Positions 19,660 through 29,240 of a stretch of DNA of 64,000 nucleotides are shown here, piece by piece. The DNA comes from an uncultured Methanosarcinales archaeon. Its GTDB lineage: Archaea; Nanobdellota; Nanobdellia; Woesearchaeales; GW2011-AR4. The first letter of the stretch is position 1. Each line of letters begins with the position of its first letter. A program made the translations under genes and the position numbers. The DNA lies in the NCBI GenBank assembly GCA_964454865.1, contig CAYVTQ010000001.1, positions 3,554 to 67,553 of the forward strand, in the 5' to 3' direction. Under the pieces are notes generated by a model, which saw only the letters and a list, made by a program, of their open reading frames with translations, made no database searches and had not been told where the DNA came from.

Positions 19660-20661
19660 TTATTTTTTATGAATATATTCAAGGGGCATACTCTGAATTT
19701 CGCTCCAGTTCCCTTCAATCCAGCTTATAGTTTCTTTGATGCCTTCTTTAATGGATATTTTGGCGTCCCATCCAAGCTCCCCCCTTATTTTTGAGCTATT
19801 CAGGCTGTACGCATAATCCTGGCCGAAGTTTTCTTTTACCAGATTTACAGAGCTCTTAAAATCGCAGTTCATAATATCACAAATCATCTTGACAATGCTT
19901 CTTATTTTGAACTCCTGGTCCTGCGGGGCAATATGATACACCTCGCCCTTCTCCCCATTTTCTATTGCTTTAAGCATCGCGTCAGCAACATCCCTAACAT
20001 GGACAAACGACCTTATGGATTTTCCTTCCCCATGCAATTCAACTTTTTTGTTTAATTTCAGGTAAATTATTGTTCTTGGAATAATGCGATAGAGCTGCTG
20101 ATGCATCCCATAGACATTTGACGAGCGGGTAAAAACAACAGGAAAATCATATTTTTTAAAAAGAGCCGACAAAAAAAGATCGCCAGCTAATTTTGAGGCG
20201 GCATATGGCGTGCTCGGCTTAAAGTTAGAATTTTCAGGCACATTTTTTCCGGCACTTTCTCCGTATACTTCCGGAGTCGATACGCTCACATACCTCTTCA
20301 AATACTCCCTGTCTTTTAATAAATTAGAAAACTTCACCGTGGACACGCAATTTGTCATGAACCACTGCTCGGGCCATTCCCAGCTGCGCCTCACTTCGCC
20401 CTGAGCAGCATAATTAACAATAACCTCCGGCCCGAATTCATCAAGCAATTCCATTATCCTGCCAAGATCATTGTTTAAATCGAGCTGAAAGAATCTGAAT
20501 TTTTTAGGCCTTTCTTTTCTGTATAAATACGGCAGGAATATTGGCGGATATTCAGCAGACCTGCTTATGCCAATAACTTCAGCAGCGGTGTTTTCAAGTA
20601 TGTAATCTATAAAACTGCTTCCGGAAAATGAATTGCTTCCTATGACCGCTACTTTTTTCAT
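19660..20661 (-). CDS. dTDP-glucose 4,6-dehydratase-like SDR
   Basis: GSNSFSG, STPEVYG, YAASK, NVYG. Confidence 0.85.
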   Translation of the reverse strand: MKKVAVIGSNSFSGSSFIDYILENTAAEVIGISRSAEYPPIFLPYLYRKERPKKFRFFQLDLNNDLGRIMELLDEFGPEVIVNYAAQGEVRRSWEWPEQWFMTNCVSTVKFSNLLKDREYLKRYVSVSTPEVYGESAGKNVPENSNFKPSTPYAASKLAGDLFLSALFKKYDFPVVFTRSSNVYGMHQQLYRIIPRTIIYLKLNKKVELHGEGKSIRSFVHVRDVADAMLKAIENGEKGEVYHIAPQDQEFKIRSIVKMICDIMNCDFKSSVNLVKENFGQDYAYSLNSSKIRGELGWDAKISIKEGIKETISWIEGNWSEIQSMPLEYIHKK

Positions 20662-21656
20662 TTCAGCTTCAAGTCCTTCATTCTTTTTATATTATGGTAT
20701 AACGGATTGTTTAGCCCGTCATCAATCAATCCTTCTTTAAAGGCAAAGATTATTGACTCAATTGCTTCCTTTAAATCGTATTTGCATTGAAATCCCAGAA
20801 CCTTCCCCATCTTATCAGTATTGACATGGTAAGATCTTGGATCATTTGTCGGCACCGTTTCAAAATCTACTGAATCTTCTCCCACAACCTCTTTAACCAG
20901 CTCTGCTAATCTTTTTATTGTAATATTCTCATAAGCCACGTTAAAAGCCTGCCTGCCAATCTTTCTCCCATCAACTTCCAGCAATAGCTCATAAAACCTC
21001 ACGATGTCCCTGATATTGACTGCGGGCCTCATCTGGCTGCCGCCAAAAATTTTTATTTTTTTGTTTATCAATGCCTGGATTGTCAGCAAATTAACGCTCA
21101 AGTCAAACCTCATTCTTGGAGAGTACCCGCATATTGTAGCAGGCCTTACAAAAACAAATTCCGCCCCTCCTATTTCAGCATTGAGCAGCAGCTTTTCACA
21201 TTCAATCTTGTATTTTGAATAGTCTGTAATTGGCTCGGCTTCCACCTCTTCAGTAACATCAATATCTATAGGCTTCACGCCATACTGGCTTGTTGAGCTT
21301 GCTACAATCAGCCTTTTTACACTATTTTTCTTCACAGAGGATATAACATTGCTAAATGCATCATAATTGATGGACTTGCCGAGATGGGGATTTAAGTCAA
21401 AACTCGGGTCATTAGAAATGCACGCCAAATGAATAAAAGCGTCACTGCCTTTAGAGGCCTCTGCCAATCTCTCTTTATCCCTTATGTCACCTTCTACTTC
21501 TGTAAGGTTCGGATGTGGCTTGAAGACCTTTCCGTAGATATAGAGGTCATAGACCGTCACATTGTGCCCTTTTTCCAATAGTTTCGGCACTAGCGAACTG
21601 CCTACATAACCTGCCCCACCCGTTATAAAAACATTTTTGAGATTTATTTTAATCAC
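20658..21656 (-). CDS. NAD-dependent epimerase/dehydratase (SDR)
   Basis: TGGAGYVG, YSKYK, GYSPRMRFDL. Confidence 0.9.
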   Translation of the reverse strand: MIKINLKNVFITGGAGYVGSSLVPKLLEKGHNVTVYDLYIYGKVFKPHPNLTEVEGDIRDKERLAEASKGSDAFIHLACISNDPSFDLNPHLGKSINYDAFSNVISSVKKNSVKRLIVASSTSQYGVKPIDIDVTEEVEAEPITDYSKYKIECEKLLLNAEIGGAEFVFVRPATICGYSPRMRFDLSVNLLTIQALINKKIKIFGGSQMRPAVNIRDIVRFYELLLEVDGRKIGRQAFNVAYENITIKRLAELVKEVVGEDSVDFETVPTNDPRSYHVNTDKMGKVLGFQCKYDLKEAIESIIFAFKEGLIDDGLNNPLYHNIKRMKDLKLK

Positions 21657-21809
21657 CTGCAGCTAATGAACAGGGTTTTATATATCTTACCTGTAATGAT
21701 TTACCTCGGCTATTTCTTGAATCATCTCAATTTTTTTAAAATATGCTCTTCACTTAAAGAATTTAACCCTATCCAAGATTTAGATGATTTATTCAACGTT
21801 CTGCTATGC

Positions 21810-22013
21810 TTAAAACAGCGCATACACGAAAGGAGATAATGAAGAGCTTTGGCCCACTATTATCAGAATTCCCACAAGGAACAGCATTATAAAGATAGGC
21901 AGAAGCCACCATTTTTTCCTTACCTTCATAAAGCTCCACAAATCATACAATAAATAAAATCTTCTGGAAGGCTTCCTTTCTTCCGCATTGAAATTATTTT
22001 GCCCGTCATCCAT
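21810..22013 (-). CDS. DUF5989/SxtK-like small membrane protein
   Basis: DLWSFMKVRKKWWLLP..SPFVYALF signature; downstream of the carbamoyltransferase. Confidence 0.9.
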   Translation of the reverse strand: MDDGQNNFNAEERKPSRRFYLLYDLWSFMKVRKKWWLLPIFIMLFLVGILIIVGQSSSLSPFVYALF

Positions 22014-22040
22014 GATTACTATATAACCTCAATCTTTTTA

Positions 22041-23801
22041 TTAATCTTTCGCAACTTTTTCAGAATCCCACATGTCCTTGGGATTATCCTTTCTTGCTAT
22101 GATAAAATCTTCCAAAACCAGATAGTCAACTCCGGTGCCCATCATGCACCTATAGGCATCTTCAGGAGTGCAGACAATAGGCTCGCCCCTTATGTTGAAC
22201 GAGGTATTGACAAGAATCGGAACTTTGCTCAGCTTTTCAAATTCCTTGATTAGGCTATAATATCTCCTGTTCTGCTCTTTCCTTATTGTCTGCAGCCTGC
22301 CGGAGCCGTCCACATGGGTTACGGATGGGATAAGCTTTCTTTTGCTTTCCCTGATTGGATAGACCATCAGCATAAAATCTGCCGGAGCCGGCATTGGCTT
22401 GTCAGCCTCAAAATAGTCATAAGCGTCCTCAAGAGGCACTACCGGCGCAAAAGGCCTGAAGTGCTCCCTGTGCTTGACCTTGAGATTCAGGATATCCTTC
22501 ATCTCCGGATTAGACGCGTTTGAAAGTATGCTTCGCGCTCCCAATGCCCTTGGACCCCATTCCATCCTGCCTTGAAACCAGCCGATGACATTATTCTCGT
22601 GAATCAGGCGCGCTGTTTCCTTCAGCAGATCATTTTCGCTGCCAAATCTCCTGTATCTTATGCCGTTTTTGTCCAGAAAATTCTTTATGTAATCTACTGA
22701 AAATGAAGGCCCGTGATAAGCATTATCCATAACATACACTCTTTCCCTGCCCAATATAGTGTTATAAACATAAAATGCAGCCCCAAGGCTCGTTCCTGCA
22801 TCGCTGGCTGCAGCCTGGATGTACACATTCCTAAAAGGTGTGTTCTTCAGGATTTTCCCGTTTGCGACGCTGTTCAACGCAACACCGCCTGCCATGCATA
22901 AGTTATCAATCTTGGTTTCCCTGTGCAGATGATTCAGCATATTTATCAGAATCTCCTCTGTCAATTTCTGGACGGAAGCGGCAAAATCCATATGCCTTTG
23001 CTCAACTTTGGATTCTCTTTTTCTGGAAGGGCCGAATTCCTCGATGAATTTCCTGCTTGGCATCCTTTGCTTGTAGTGGTAGACAAAGTAATCCATGTCA
23101 AGCTCGTAGCTGCCGTCGGCATAAACCTTTACGACTTTCTTTAGCTGGTCATAATAAACAGGCTTCCCATAAGGGGCGAGCCCCATCACCTTGTATTCAT
23201 CATTATTCACCTTAAAGCCGAGATAGGCCGTGACAGCGCTGTACAATAATCCTATGGAATGCGGAAAATGGATTTCCTTGGTTATAGTTATGTCATTTCC
23301 TTTTGCATACCCGAAAGTTGTTGTCGCCCATTCCCCTACCCCGTCTACAGTCAATATTGCCGACTCATTGAAATGGCTTACGAGATAGGAGCTTGCCGCA
23401 TGGGCCATATGATGCTCAATGAAAAGGATTTCTCCCTTGTACTTCAGCTTTTTCCTGATAATTGACGGGACCCTGAGCTTCTCATTCAGCCATGAAGGCA
23501 AGGATTTATAGAATGCCCAGAATGACTTCGGAAATGTGCCGATGTACTGGCTGAGCAGCCTTTCAAATTTCAGCAGCGGCTTTTCATAAAATCCGATATA
23601 ATCAATCTCCTTTGAGGTTATGCCCGCTTCCTTCAGGCAGTAGTTTATGGCATTTATAGGAAAATTTATGTCGTGCTTTTTCCTTGTGAACCTTTCCTCC
23701 TCCGCAGCCGCGACCAGCCTGCCGTCTTTTACAAGGCATGCCGCCGCGTCATGATAAAAACACGAGATTCCCAAAATGAATTGACTTTTTCTAGACTCCA
23801 T
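22041..23801 (-). CDS. O-carbamoyltransferase (NodU/CmcH/SxtI family)
   Basis: GISCFYHD, EEERFTR.KH, HH.AH, DGVGE, GPRALG.RS, RPFAP, NTSFN. Confidence 0.96.
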   Translation of the reverse strand: MESRKSQFILGISCFYHDAAACLVKDGRLVAAAEEERFTRKKHDINFPINAINYCLKEAGITSKEIDYIGFYEKPLLKFERLLSQYIGTFPKSFWAFYKSLPSWLNEKLRVPSIIRKKLKYKGEILFIEHHMAHAASSYLVSHFNESAILTVDGVGEWATTTFGYAKGNDITITKEIHFPHSIGLLYSAVTAYLGFKVNNDEYKVMGLAPYGKPVYYDQLKKVVKVYADGSYELDMDYFVYHYKQRMPSRKFIEEFGPSRKRESKVEQRHMDFAASVQKLTEEILINMLNHLHRETKIDNLCMAGGVALNSVANGKILKNTPFRNVYIQAAASDAGTSLGAAFYVYNTILGRERVYVMDNAYHGPSFSVDYIKNFLDKNGIRYRRFGSENDLLKETARLIHENNVIGWFQGRMEWGPRALGARSILSNASNPEMKDILNLKVKHREHFRPFAPVVPLEDAYDYFEADKPMPAPADFMLMVYPIRESKRKLIPSVTHVDGSGRLQTIRKEQNRRYYSLIKEFEKLSKVPILVNTSFNIRGEPIVCTPEDAYRCMMGTGVDYLVLEDFIIARKDNPKDMWDSEKVAKD

Positions 23802-23900
23802 TTTCCATTACCCATCCATTTATCATAAAATTAACAAGATCTTCACGGCTCATACTTTCAATTTTTTCCGCCTCATTTATACTATCTTCAGGTTCAACTT

Positions 23901-24143
23901 TTAAAACATTCTTCGATACTCTTCCATGGGCATTTTTGACAGGCTTCTTTTGACCCATGTCGATTTTCCGGGCTTTAAATTCATAAATTTCTTGCCGGCT
24001 ATTCTGCTTAAAATGGCTACAATCCCCACCCCTATAAAATAAACAAAAAAAAGCAGCGCAAAATTAACTATGTCGGTTATTAAAGCCGAAAAATCCCTGA
24101 ATCCTTCCCCAAGCCCGGCAAAAAAAATCTTTAGGCTACCCAT
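23901..24143 (-). CDS. SxtJ-like membrane protein (C-terminal half)
   Basis: IVNFALLFFVYF..GKK..L..STW..R pattern; next to the carbamoyltransferase. Confidence 0.7.
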   Translation of the reverse strand: MGSLKIFFAGLGEGFRDFSALITDIVNFALLFFVYFIGVGIVAILSRIAGKKFMNLKPGKSTWVKRSLSKMPMEEYRRMF

Positions 24144-24354
24144 TCCTCAATCCACTCACGCCCAAAATCAGTATGCTCAGCAAGACTGCAGCCCCGGCAA
24201 AATGCCAATATTCAATGTAATCCGGCAGCCTGCCAAGCCTGCCCAATATCAAAAAAAGGATCGAGCTGAATATCACGGCCCCAATAACAAACCCTGCCTT
24301 CCTGCCAGATGCATGCACTTTTCCCTCCTTTTCAGCAAGATACATGGTTTCCAT
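24136..24354 (-). CDS. small two-TM protein (possible SxtJ N-terminal half)
   Basis: Two hydrophobic segments; overlaps the next ORF by 8 nt. Confidence 0.55.
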   Translation of the reverse strand: METMYLAEKEGKVHASGRKAGFVIGAVIFSSILFLILGRLGRLPDYIEYWHFAGAAVLLSILILGVSGLRNG

Positions 24355-24429
24355 TAGGCAAGGAGATAATGCCGGTTTTTAAACATTATTGTAAGGGTGT
24401 GCATAAAGGTTGATTTAGGCAAAAAATCA

Positions 24430-24686
24430 TTTTGGAATAAAATTAATTTGGTCAGTTATCTTCAATCCGCCTTCGGCATATTTAGTGCGAGGCGTTGCTT
24501 TCCTGCCATGCTCGAAAAGCGACAGACTACCTTGATTGGCTTTTCGGCATCCTGTACAGGATAACGCTCCGCCTCGCCAATTTATTGTAATGAATTCGAG
24601 GCGAAATTTTAATGGCAGTAAAAATTCCGCCGAGTGTAGATTATGTCGCAAAGCGACGGACTAAATCAGATTAATTCCAGAAAGCT
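24430..24686. mobile_element. MITE-like element copy 2 (degenerate; ends approximate)
   Basis: Shared module tgctcgaaaagc..gcttttcggca at 24509-24549 inside a gcgaggcg/cgcctcgc IR; imperfect terminal IR ending aaagct. Confidence 0.55.
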
Positions 24687-24741
24687 AAATAATTATTTTA
24701 AAAGGCAATATTTAAAAATAACAAAAGAATAGCATGCAATC

Positions 24742-25803
24742 ATGGCAAAAATCAAGTTGGTCGTGTGGGATGCTGACAATACCTTATGGGACGGCACTGT
24801 TTTCTACAAGGACAAGGAAAATGTCAGGCTCAAGCCCGGCACAAAGGAAGCCCTGAAGGAGCTTGAAAAAAGAAACGTGAAAAATACAATCTGCAGCAAG
24901 AATTACTATGAGGATGTTGATTCTGTATTGAAAAAATTTGAAATCAGCAAATATTTTGATCACCCCCAGATTGGATGGGGGCTTAAGTCAGAAGCAATTA
25001 AAAAATTGGCGGGGCTGTTCAATGCAGGCTTCAATGAGATGGTTTTCGTGGATGACGATGCATTCCAGCGTGCAGAGGTGCTTTCGCGGATAAATGGAAT
25101 CAATGCAGTCGGCTTGGATGATCCCATAGACATACTGAACTTTGAAGGCATCAGGCCCGACAAGCCCACTGCAGAGGATATAAGGAGGGTCCAGCTTCTT
25201 AAAGAAGACAGGAACAGGAAGCAGGCAGAAAGCGAATTTAAAGGGGACTACAAGGATTTTTTGAGGCAGTGCAGCATGGTGATGAGCATCAGAGGCGTGG
25301 AGGAGGCAGACTGGGAGAGGGTATGCCAGCTGCTCAACAGGACTAATGAGCTGAATATGACCAATAACAGGTACACCATCAGCCAGCTTAGGGAATCATA
25401 CGAAAAAAACAAGGACATAATACTTGTCGTCGAGCTTACCGACAAATTCGGCGATTATGGGCTGATAGCGGAAAGCATCATTGTAAGGAAGGAGGATGGG
25501 TGGTTTATCAGGGACTTAACGGTTTCATGCAGGACAATGGGAAGGGGGATAGGAAGTGCCCTGCTTATTGCGATACTGGGCTATGCCCGGCAGAACAACA
25601 TCAAAAAAGTAGTGGGCATGCTTACAGAAACAGAATCAAACTGGAGAATAAGGCCATTGTATGAGAGGAGGGGATTCAAGAAAGTTTCTGCGGACGGCAA
25701 CAAGACTTTCTATGAGTTTGACCTCAATTCTGAGGAAATGCCGACCTATCCTGATTGGATAAAAGTCAATTTTTTGCTGAAGAAGGAAATTGAAAGTGGC
25801 TAA
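24742..25803 (+). CDS. FkbH-like HAD-IIIC phosphatase/acyltransferase with C-terminal GNAT
   Basis: WDADNTLW, SKN, FVDD, RTNELN, DKFGDYG, SCR..GRG. Confidence 0.92.
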   Translation: MAKIKLVVWDADNTLWDGTVFYKDKENVRLKPGTKEALKELEKRNVKNTICSKNYYEDVDSVLKKFEISKYFDHPQIGWGLKSEAIKKLAGLFNAGFNEMVFVDDDAFQRAEVLSRINGINAVGLDDPIDILNFEGIRPDKPTAEDIRRVQLLKEDRNRKQAESEFKGDYKDFLRQCSMVMSIRGVEEADWERVCQLLNRTNELNMTNNRYTISQLRESYEKNKDIILVVELTDKFGDYGLIAESIIVRKEDGWFIRDLTVSCRTMGRGIGSALLIAILGYARQNNIKKVVGMLTETESNWRIRPLYERRGFKKVSADGNKTFYEFDLNSEEMPTYPDWIKVNFLLKKEIESG

Positions 25804-26968
25804 TCTCAGGAAAATTTTTTTAAATGCCTTGCTGATGGCTGCAAGCATACTTGCTTTTTTATTAGTTCTTGAGCTGTTCCTAAGGCTTTTTTACCCCCAG
25901 AATCTGAACCCCCTGCTGCTGCCTACTAAAGACAGGGATACGTTTGCCCAATATGATGCGGAACTGGGGTGGTCTTTAAAGCCTGATGCAGAAGCGCCCC
26001 TGTTTTCACATGAATATAATGTATTGGTGAAGCAAAACAGCCAGGGAATGAGGGATAAAGAATACTCCAAGAAAAGGCTGCCCGGAAAAGTTCGAATAGC
26101 TATCACAGGCGACTCATTTGTATGGGGATTCGGTGTTGAAAATAAGGATATATTCACAGAAATAATTGAAAATAAGCTGGGAGAAAAATTTGAAGTGCTT
26201 AATTTTGGAGTCAGCGGCTATGGCACGGACCAGGAATTGCTGCAGTTCAAGTCAAAAATCCTGGATTTCAAGCCGGACGCTCTTATAGTAGCATTTTACC
26301 ATAATGACATAGAAAATATAGCAAACAGCGTGGAATATGGCTATGAAAAGCCCAAGTTCGTGCTTGAAAATGGCAGATTAAAGCTTACAAACATACCTGT
26401 GCCCCAAGTAAGAAGGCAAGAAACAAAATACTTGATAAGGGATTATATCAACTTCTTCCTTTCCCATTACTCCCATTCCTATTCCTTCCTTAAATCAGGC
26501 ATAGCAGTTTTATACGACCGCGCCACGGCGGTTTTTCAGAAGCCCAATGAATATTTTGATACAGAGATATTAAAAAAAGATTATGGAGAAAAATATTCAA
26601 ATGGGTGGGTTTTGTTTGATAATCTCCTCAGGGAATTTAAAGAGACCGGAAAAAACAATAATGTCTCAATAATCCTTGTCAATATGCCTGCAAAGGCGCA
26701 GATAGACAAGAGATTATTCGAGAAAAAATTAGGCATTTACGGCAAATCCGGGGATGATTATGACTTATTCAAGCCTTCCAGGCTGCTGAAGCAATATGCT
26801 GATAAGAACGGGATAATGTTTATTGACCTTCTCCCCACTTTCCTCTCGGAAGATGAGCCTGAGAAGTATTATTTTAAATTTAATGATCATCTAAATGCGC
26901 AGGGAAACGCGTTTGTTGCTGAAGGTATTTACAGGGAGATGAACCCTGTGCTCCAGGAAATTAATTGA
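25790..26968 (+). CDS. membrane-anchored SGNH/GDSL hydrolase family protein
   Basis: N-terminal TM, LGW, NSQGMRD, GDSF..G, NFGVSGYGT, ND, DHLN. Confidence 0.9.
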   Translation: MKVANLRKIFLNALLMAASILAFLLVLELFLRLFYPQNLNPLLLPTKDRDTFAQYDAELGWSLKPDAEAPLFSHEYNVLVKQNSQGMRDKEYSKKRLPGKVRIAITGDSFVWGFGVENKDIFTEIIENKLGEKFEVLNFGVSGYGTDQELLQFKSKILDFKPDALIVAFYHNDIENIANSVEYGYEKPKFVLENGRLKLTNIPVPQVRRQETKYLIRDYINFFLSHYSHSYSFLKSGIAVLYDRATAVFQKPNEYFDTEILKKDYGEKYSNGWVLFDNLLREFKETGKNNNVSIILVNMPAKAQIDKRLFEKKLGIYGKSGDDYDLFKPSRLLKQYADKNGIMFIDLLPTFLSEDEPEKYYFKFNDHLNAQGNAFVAEGIYREMNPVLQEIN

Positions 26969-28229
26969 CAATGCGGGCAGTGGGCAGCGGCACAATAAAT
27001 CCTCCCTTATACCCTTTCTGCCTGAGCTTAGGGATCAATTCATCCGCTATATGCCATGACAGCAGCAGGGCGTATTCCGGCTGGTCCTCAAAAAGCCTTG
27101 ACTCTTCAACAACAGGAATCAAAGTGCCGGGCATGCATTTCCCTATTTTGTGCGAGCCGCTTATTTCCACAACGCAGTCAACAACAGCATCGTCTATTCC
27201 AGTATAATTTATCAGCGTGCTTGCCCGCGACGGGGCTCCAACGCCATAAATGCGCCCGCCCTGTCTTTTGATGTTAAAAAGCAGAGAGCTGAGCTCAAGT
27301 TTTGAAAGGGCAGCCCTGTTCCTGAACTCCAGCAGGCTTTTCTTGCCCAATACAATTTCTTTTTCCCTGGCAAGCTGGCTATTTACTGTTTCTTTAACCT
27401 TATACTCCCCTTTTCTGGCGGCATACACCCTTATAGAGCCTCCGTGCGTGGGTATTTGCCTGGCATGGATTATCTCGAGGCCGTGCCTTTCCAGCAGGTA
27501 TTTTAAGCTGTGCAGAGAATAGTACCTTATGTGCTCATGGTAAATAGTGTCGTATTGCAGCGACTCGATAAACGGAAGCAGGTAATGCGATTCCGAGATG
27601 AACACTCCTCCTTTCGCAAGCAAGTCTGATATCAAATCGACAATCTCATTGACATTTCTGATGTGCGCAAAAACATTTGTCGCTGTTATTATTTTTGCCT
27701 TGCCATGCTCTTTTTTTATTTTGCCGGCGGCCTTGCCGCCAAAGAAATCTATGATGGTGGGTATGCCTCTGGCTATTGCAATATTTCCTATTTTTTCAGG
27801 AGTGATGCCCAAAACCCTGCTGGAGCCTTTGAAATTGCTCAGCAGATTGCCGTCGTTGGAGCCTATATCAATGACCAAATCGTCATGGCTTAGGCTGGCA
27901 ATTGACCTGCATTCCCGATAGAGCTCGGCAAAATTATCCCTCAGTATCTTTGTAGTGCTGCTGGTGTATGGATACTCCGGGGGGAAAAGTATTTTCGGGC
28001 TGACTATCAATCCGAGCTGCACAAGGTGGCAGTTCCCGCAGTACAGCAGCTGCGCAGGATAACTCGGCTGCTCATGCGGCCTTTCGCCGACATTGTGCAT
28101 TGCATTTACAGGCGGAAGATACCCAAGAAAGAGTATGCTGTCTAGCTTTGAATAGCCGCATGACTGGCACTTGTCAACGACCGTGCTGGTAAAATCCTCA
28201 TCCTGTTGGTTTTTTTGAGGCATTTTCAT
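26961..28229 (-). CDS. NDP-sugar C-methyltransferase (second)
   Basis: CQSC..CGNCHLVQL, DIGSNDG, IYHEH, HGGSIR. Confidence 0.9.
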   Translation of the reverse strand: MKMPQKNQQDEDFTSTVVDKCQSCGYSKLDSILFLGYLPPVNAMHNVGERPHEQPSYPAQLLYCGNCHLVQLGLIVSPKILFPPEYPYTSSTTKILRDNFAELYRECRSIASLSHDDLVIDIGSNDGNLLSNFKGSSRVLGITPEKIGNIAIARGIPTIIDFFGGKAAGKIKKEHGKAKIITATNVFAHIRNVNEIVDLISDLLAKGGVFISESHYLLPFIESLQYDTIYHEHIRYYSLHSLKYLLERHGLEIIHARQIPTHGGSIRVYAARKGEYKVKETVNSQLAREKEIVLGKKSLLEFRNRAALSKLELSSLLFNIKRQGGRIYGVGAPSRASTLINYTGIDDAVVDCVVEISGSHKIGKCMPGTLIPVVEESRLFEDQPEYALLLSWHIADELIPKLRQKGYKGGFIVPLPTARIVN

Positions 28230-29178
28230 CATACCATTTTGCAGTAATGCCAATTCCCTTTTCCAGGCTTGTTCCCGGTTTGTATCCCAATTTTTTAATC
28301 TTTGCAATGTCGGGGCACCGCCTCAGCACGCTCCCTTTCTTCAGGCTTCCGGGCTCGACAATCACATCTTTCCCGAAATATTTGCCGACTTCCTTGGCAA
28401 CATCTTCTATTGAGGCTTCATCCATTGTCCCTATATTATAGGTCTCCAAATGCTTTCCTTTTTTCAGTACCAGCATAAGTCCGTCAATAAAATCATCAAT
28501 GTATACAAAAGCCCTCATTTCCCTTCCAGTGCCCTCAATCGGAAATTTTACCGGATTCTTATTATTGCTCCTGCATATTTCCTTCATGCGCAGAACAAAC
28601 TGGGGGATTGCGTGCTCCCATCCCATATTGGGGCCGTATACATTATGAGGCCTGAAGATTATCACCCTGTCAAAATATTTTCTGCCGTAGTTTATCGCCA
28701 TGATCTCGCTGATTATCTTGCCGCCGGCATAGGAATATCTGGGATTGAGAGGATCAGGTATGGACAGAGGCACTGTTTCATCTGTAGGGATTGCATCCGG
28801 CTTCTGATACACTTCAGAGCTTGAAGCCAGCAGCAGCTCTTTGACTTTGTTCCTGATGCAGCCGTCAATGACATTTATAATTCCCTTTACGCCGACGTCC
28901 AAAACCAATTCCGGCATTTTATAAAAAAATTCCGTCCCGTTGATAAAAGCCAGATGAAAAACACCGTCAATATCCTTGCAGGCGGCATTCACAGCATTTG
29001 CGTCCCTTATGTCACCCTCCACAATCTCTATTTTACTTCCTATACCTCCTATTCGATCGAATGATCCCCTGGATGCATTATCCATGACCCTGACCTTATA
29101 CCCTTCCGCTATCAGGCGCCTGACAAGAGCGCTTCCGATAAATCCTGCCCCGCCTGTAACAAGATATTTTTTTGCCAT
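28198..29178 (-). CDS. NAD-dependent epimerase/dehydratase (UDP-glucuronate decarboxylase-like)
   Basis: TGGAGFIG, SSSEVY, PRYSYAGGK, NVYGP. Confidence 0.9.
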   Translation of the reverse strand: MAKKYLVTGGAGFIGSALVRRLIAEGYKVRVMDNASRGSFDRIGGIGSKIEIVEGDIRDANAVNAACKDIDGVFHLAFINGTEFFYKMPELVLDVGVKGIINVIDGCIRNKVKELLLASSSEVYQKPDAIPTDETVPLSIPDPLNPRYSYAGGKIISEIMAINYGRKYFDRVIIFRPHNVYGPNMGWEHAIPQFVLRMKEICRSNNKNPVKFPIEGTGREMRAFVYIDDFIDGLMLVLKKGKHLETYNIGTMDEASIEDVAKEVGKYFGKDVIVEPGSLKKGSVLRRCPDIAKIKKLGYKPGTSLEKGIGITAKWYDENASKKPTG

Positions 29179-29240
29179 TTTTTAAATTATGAGAGGGTAG
29201 TTGAGGCATATTTAAATATTAGTCTTTTCTACTCCAAGCT

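Noticed and set aside
21708..21806. Possible ninth, decayed element (starts ggc; weak IR aatcatct/agatgatt)
   Set aside because: No shared module or TSD, and the IR is too short in AT-rich DNA to support a call.
21810..24354. Saxitoxin biosynthesis
   Set aside because: No sxtA, sxtG or other core genes; only the widespread I/J/K-like unit.
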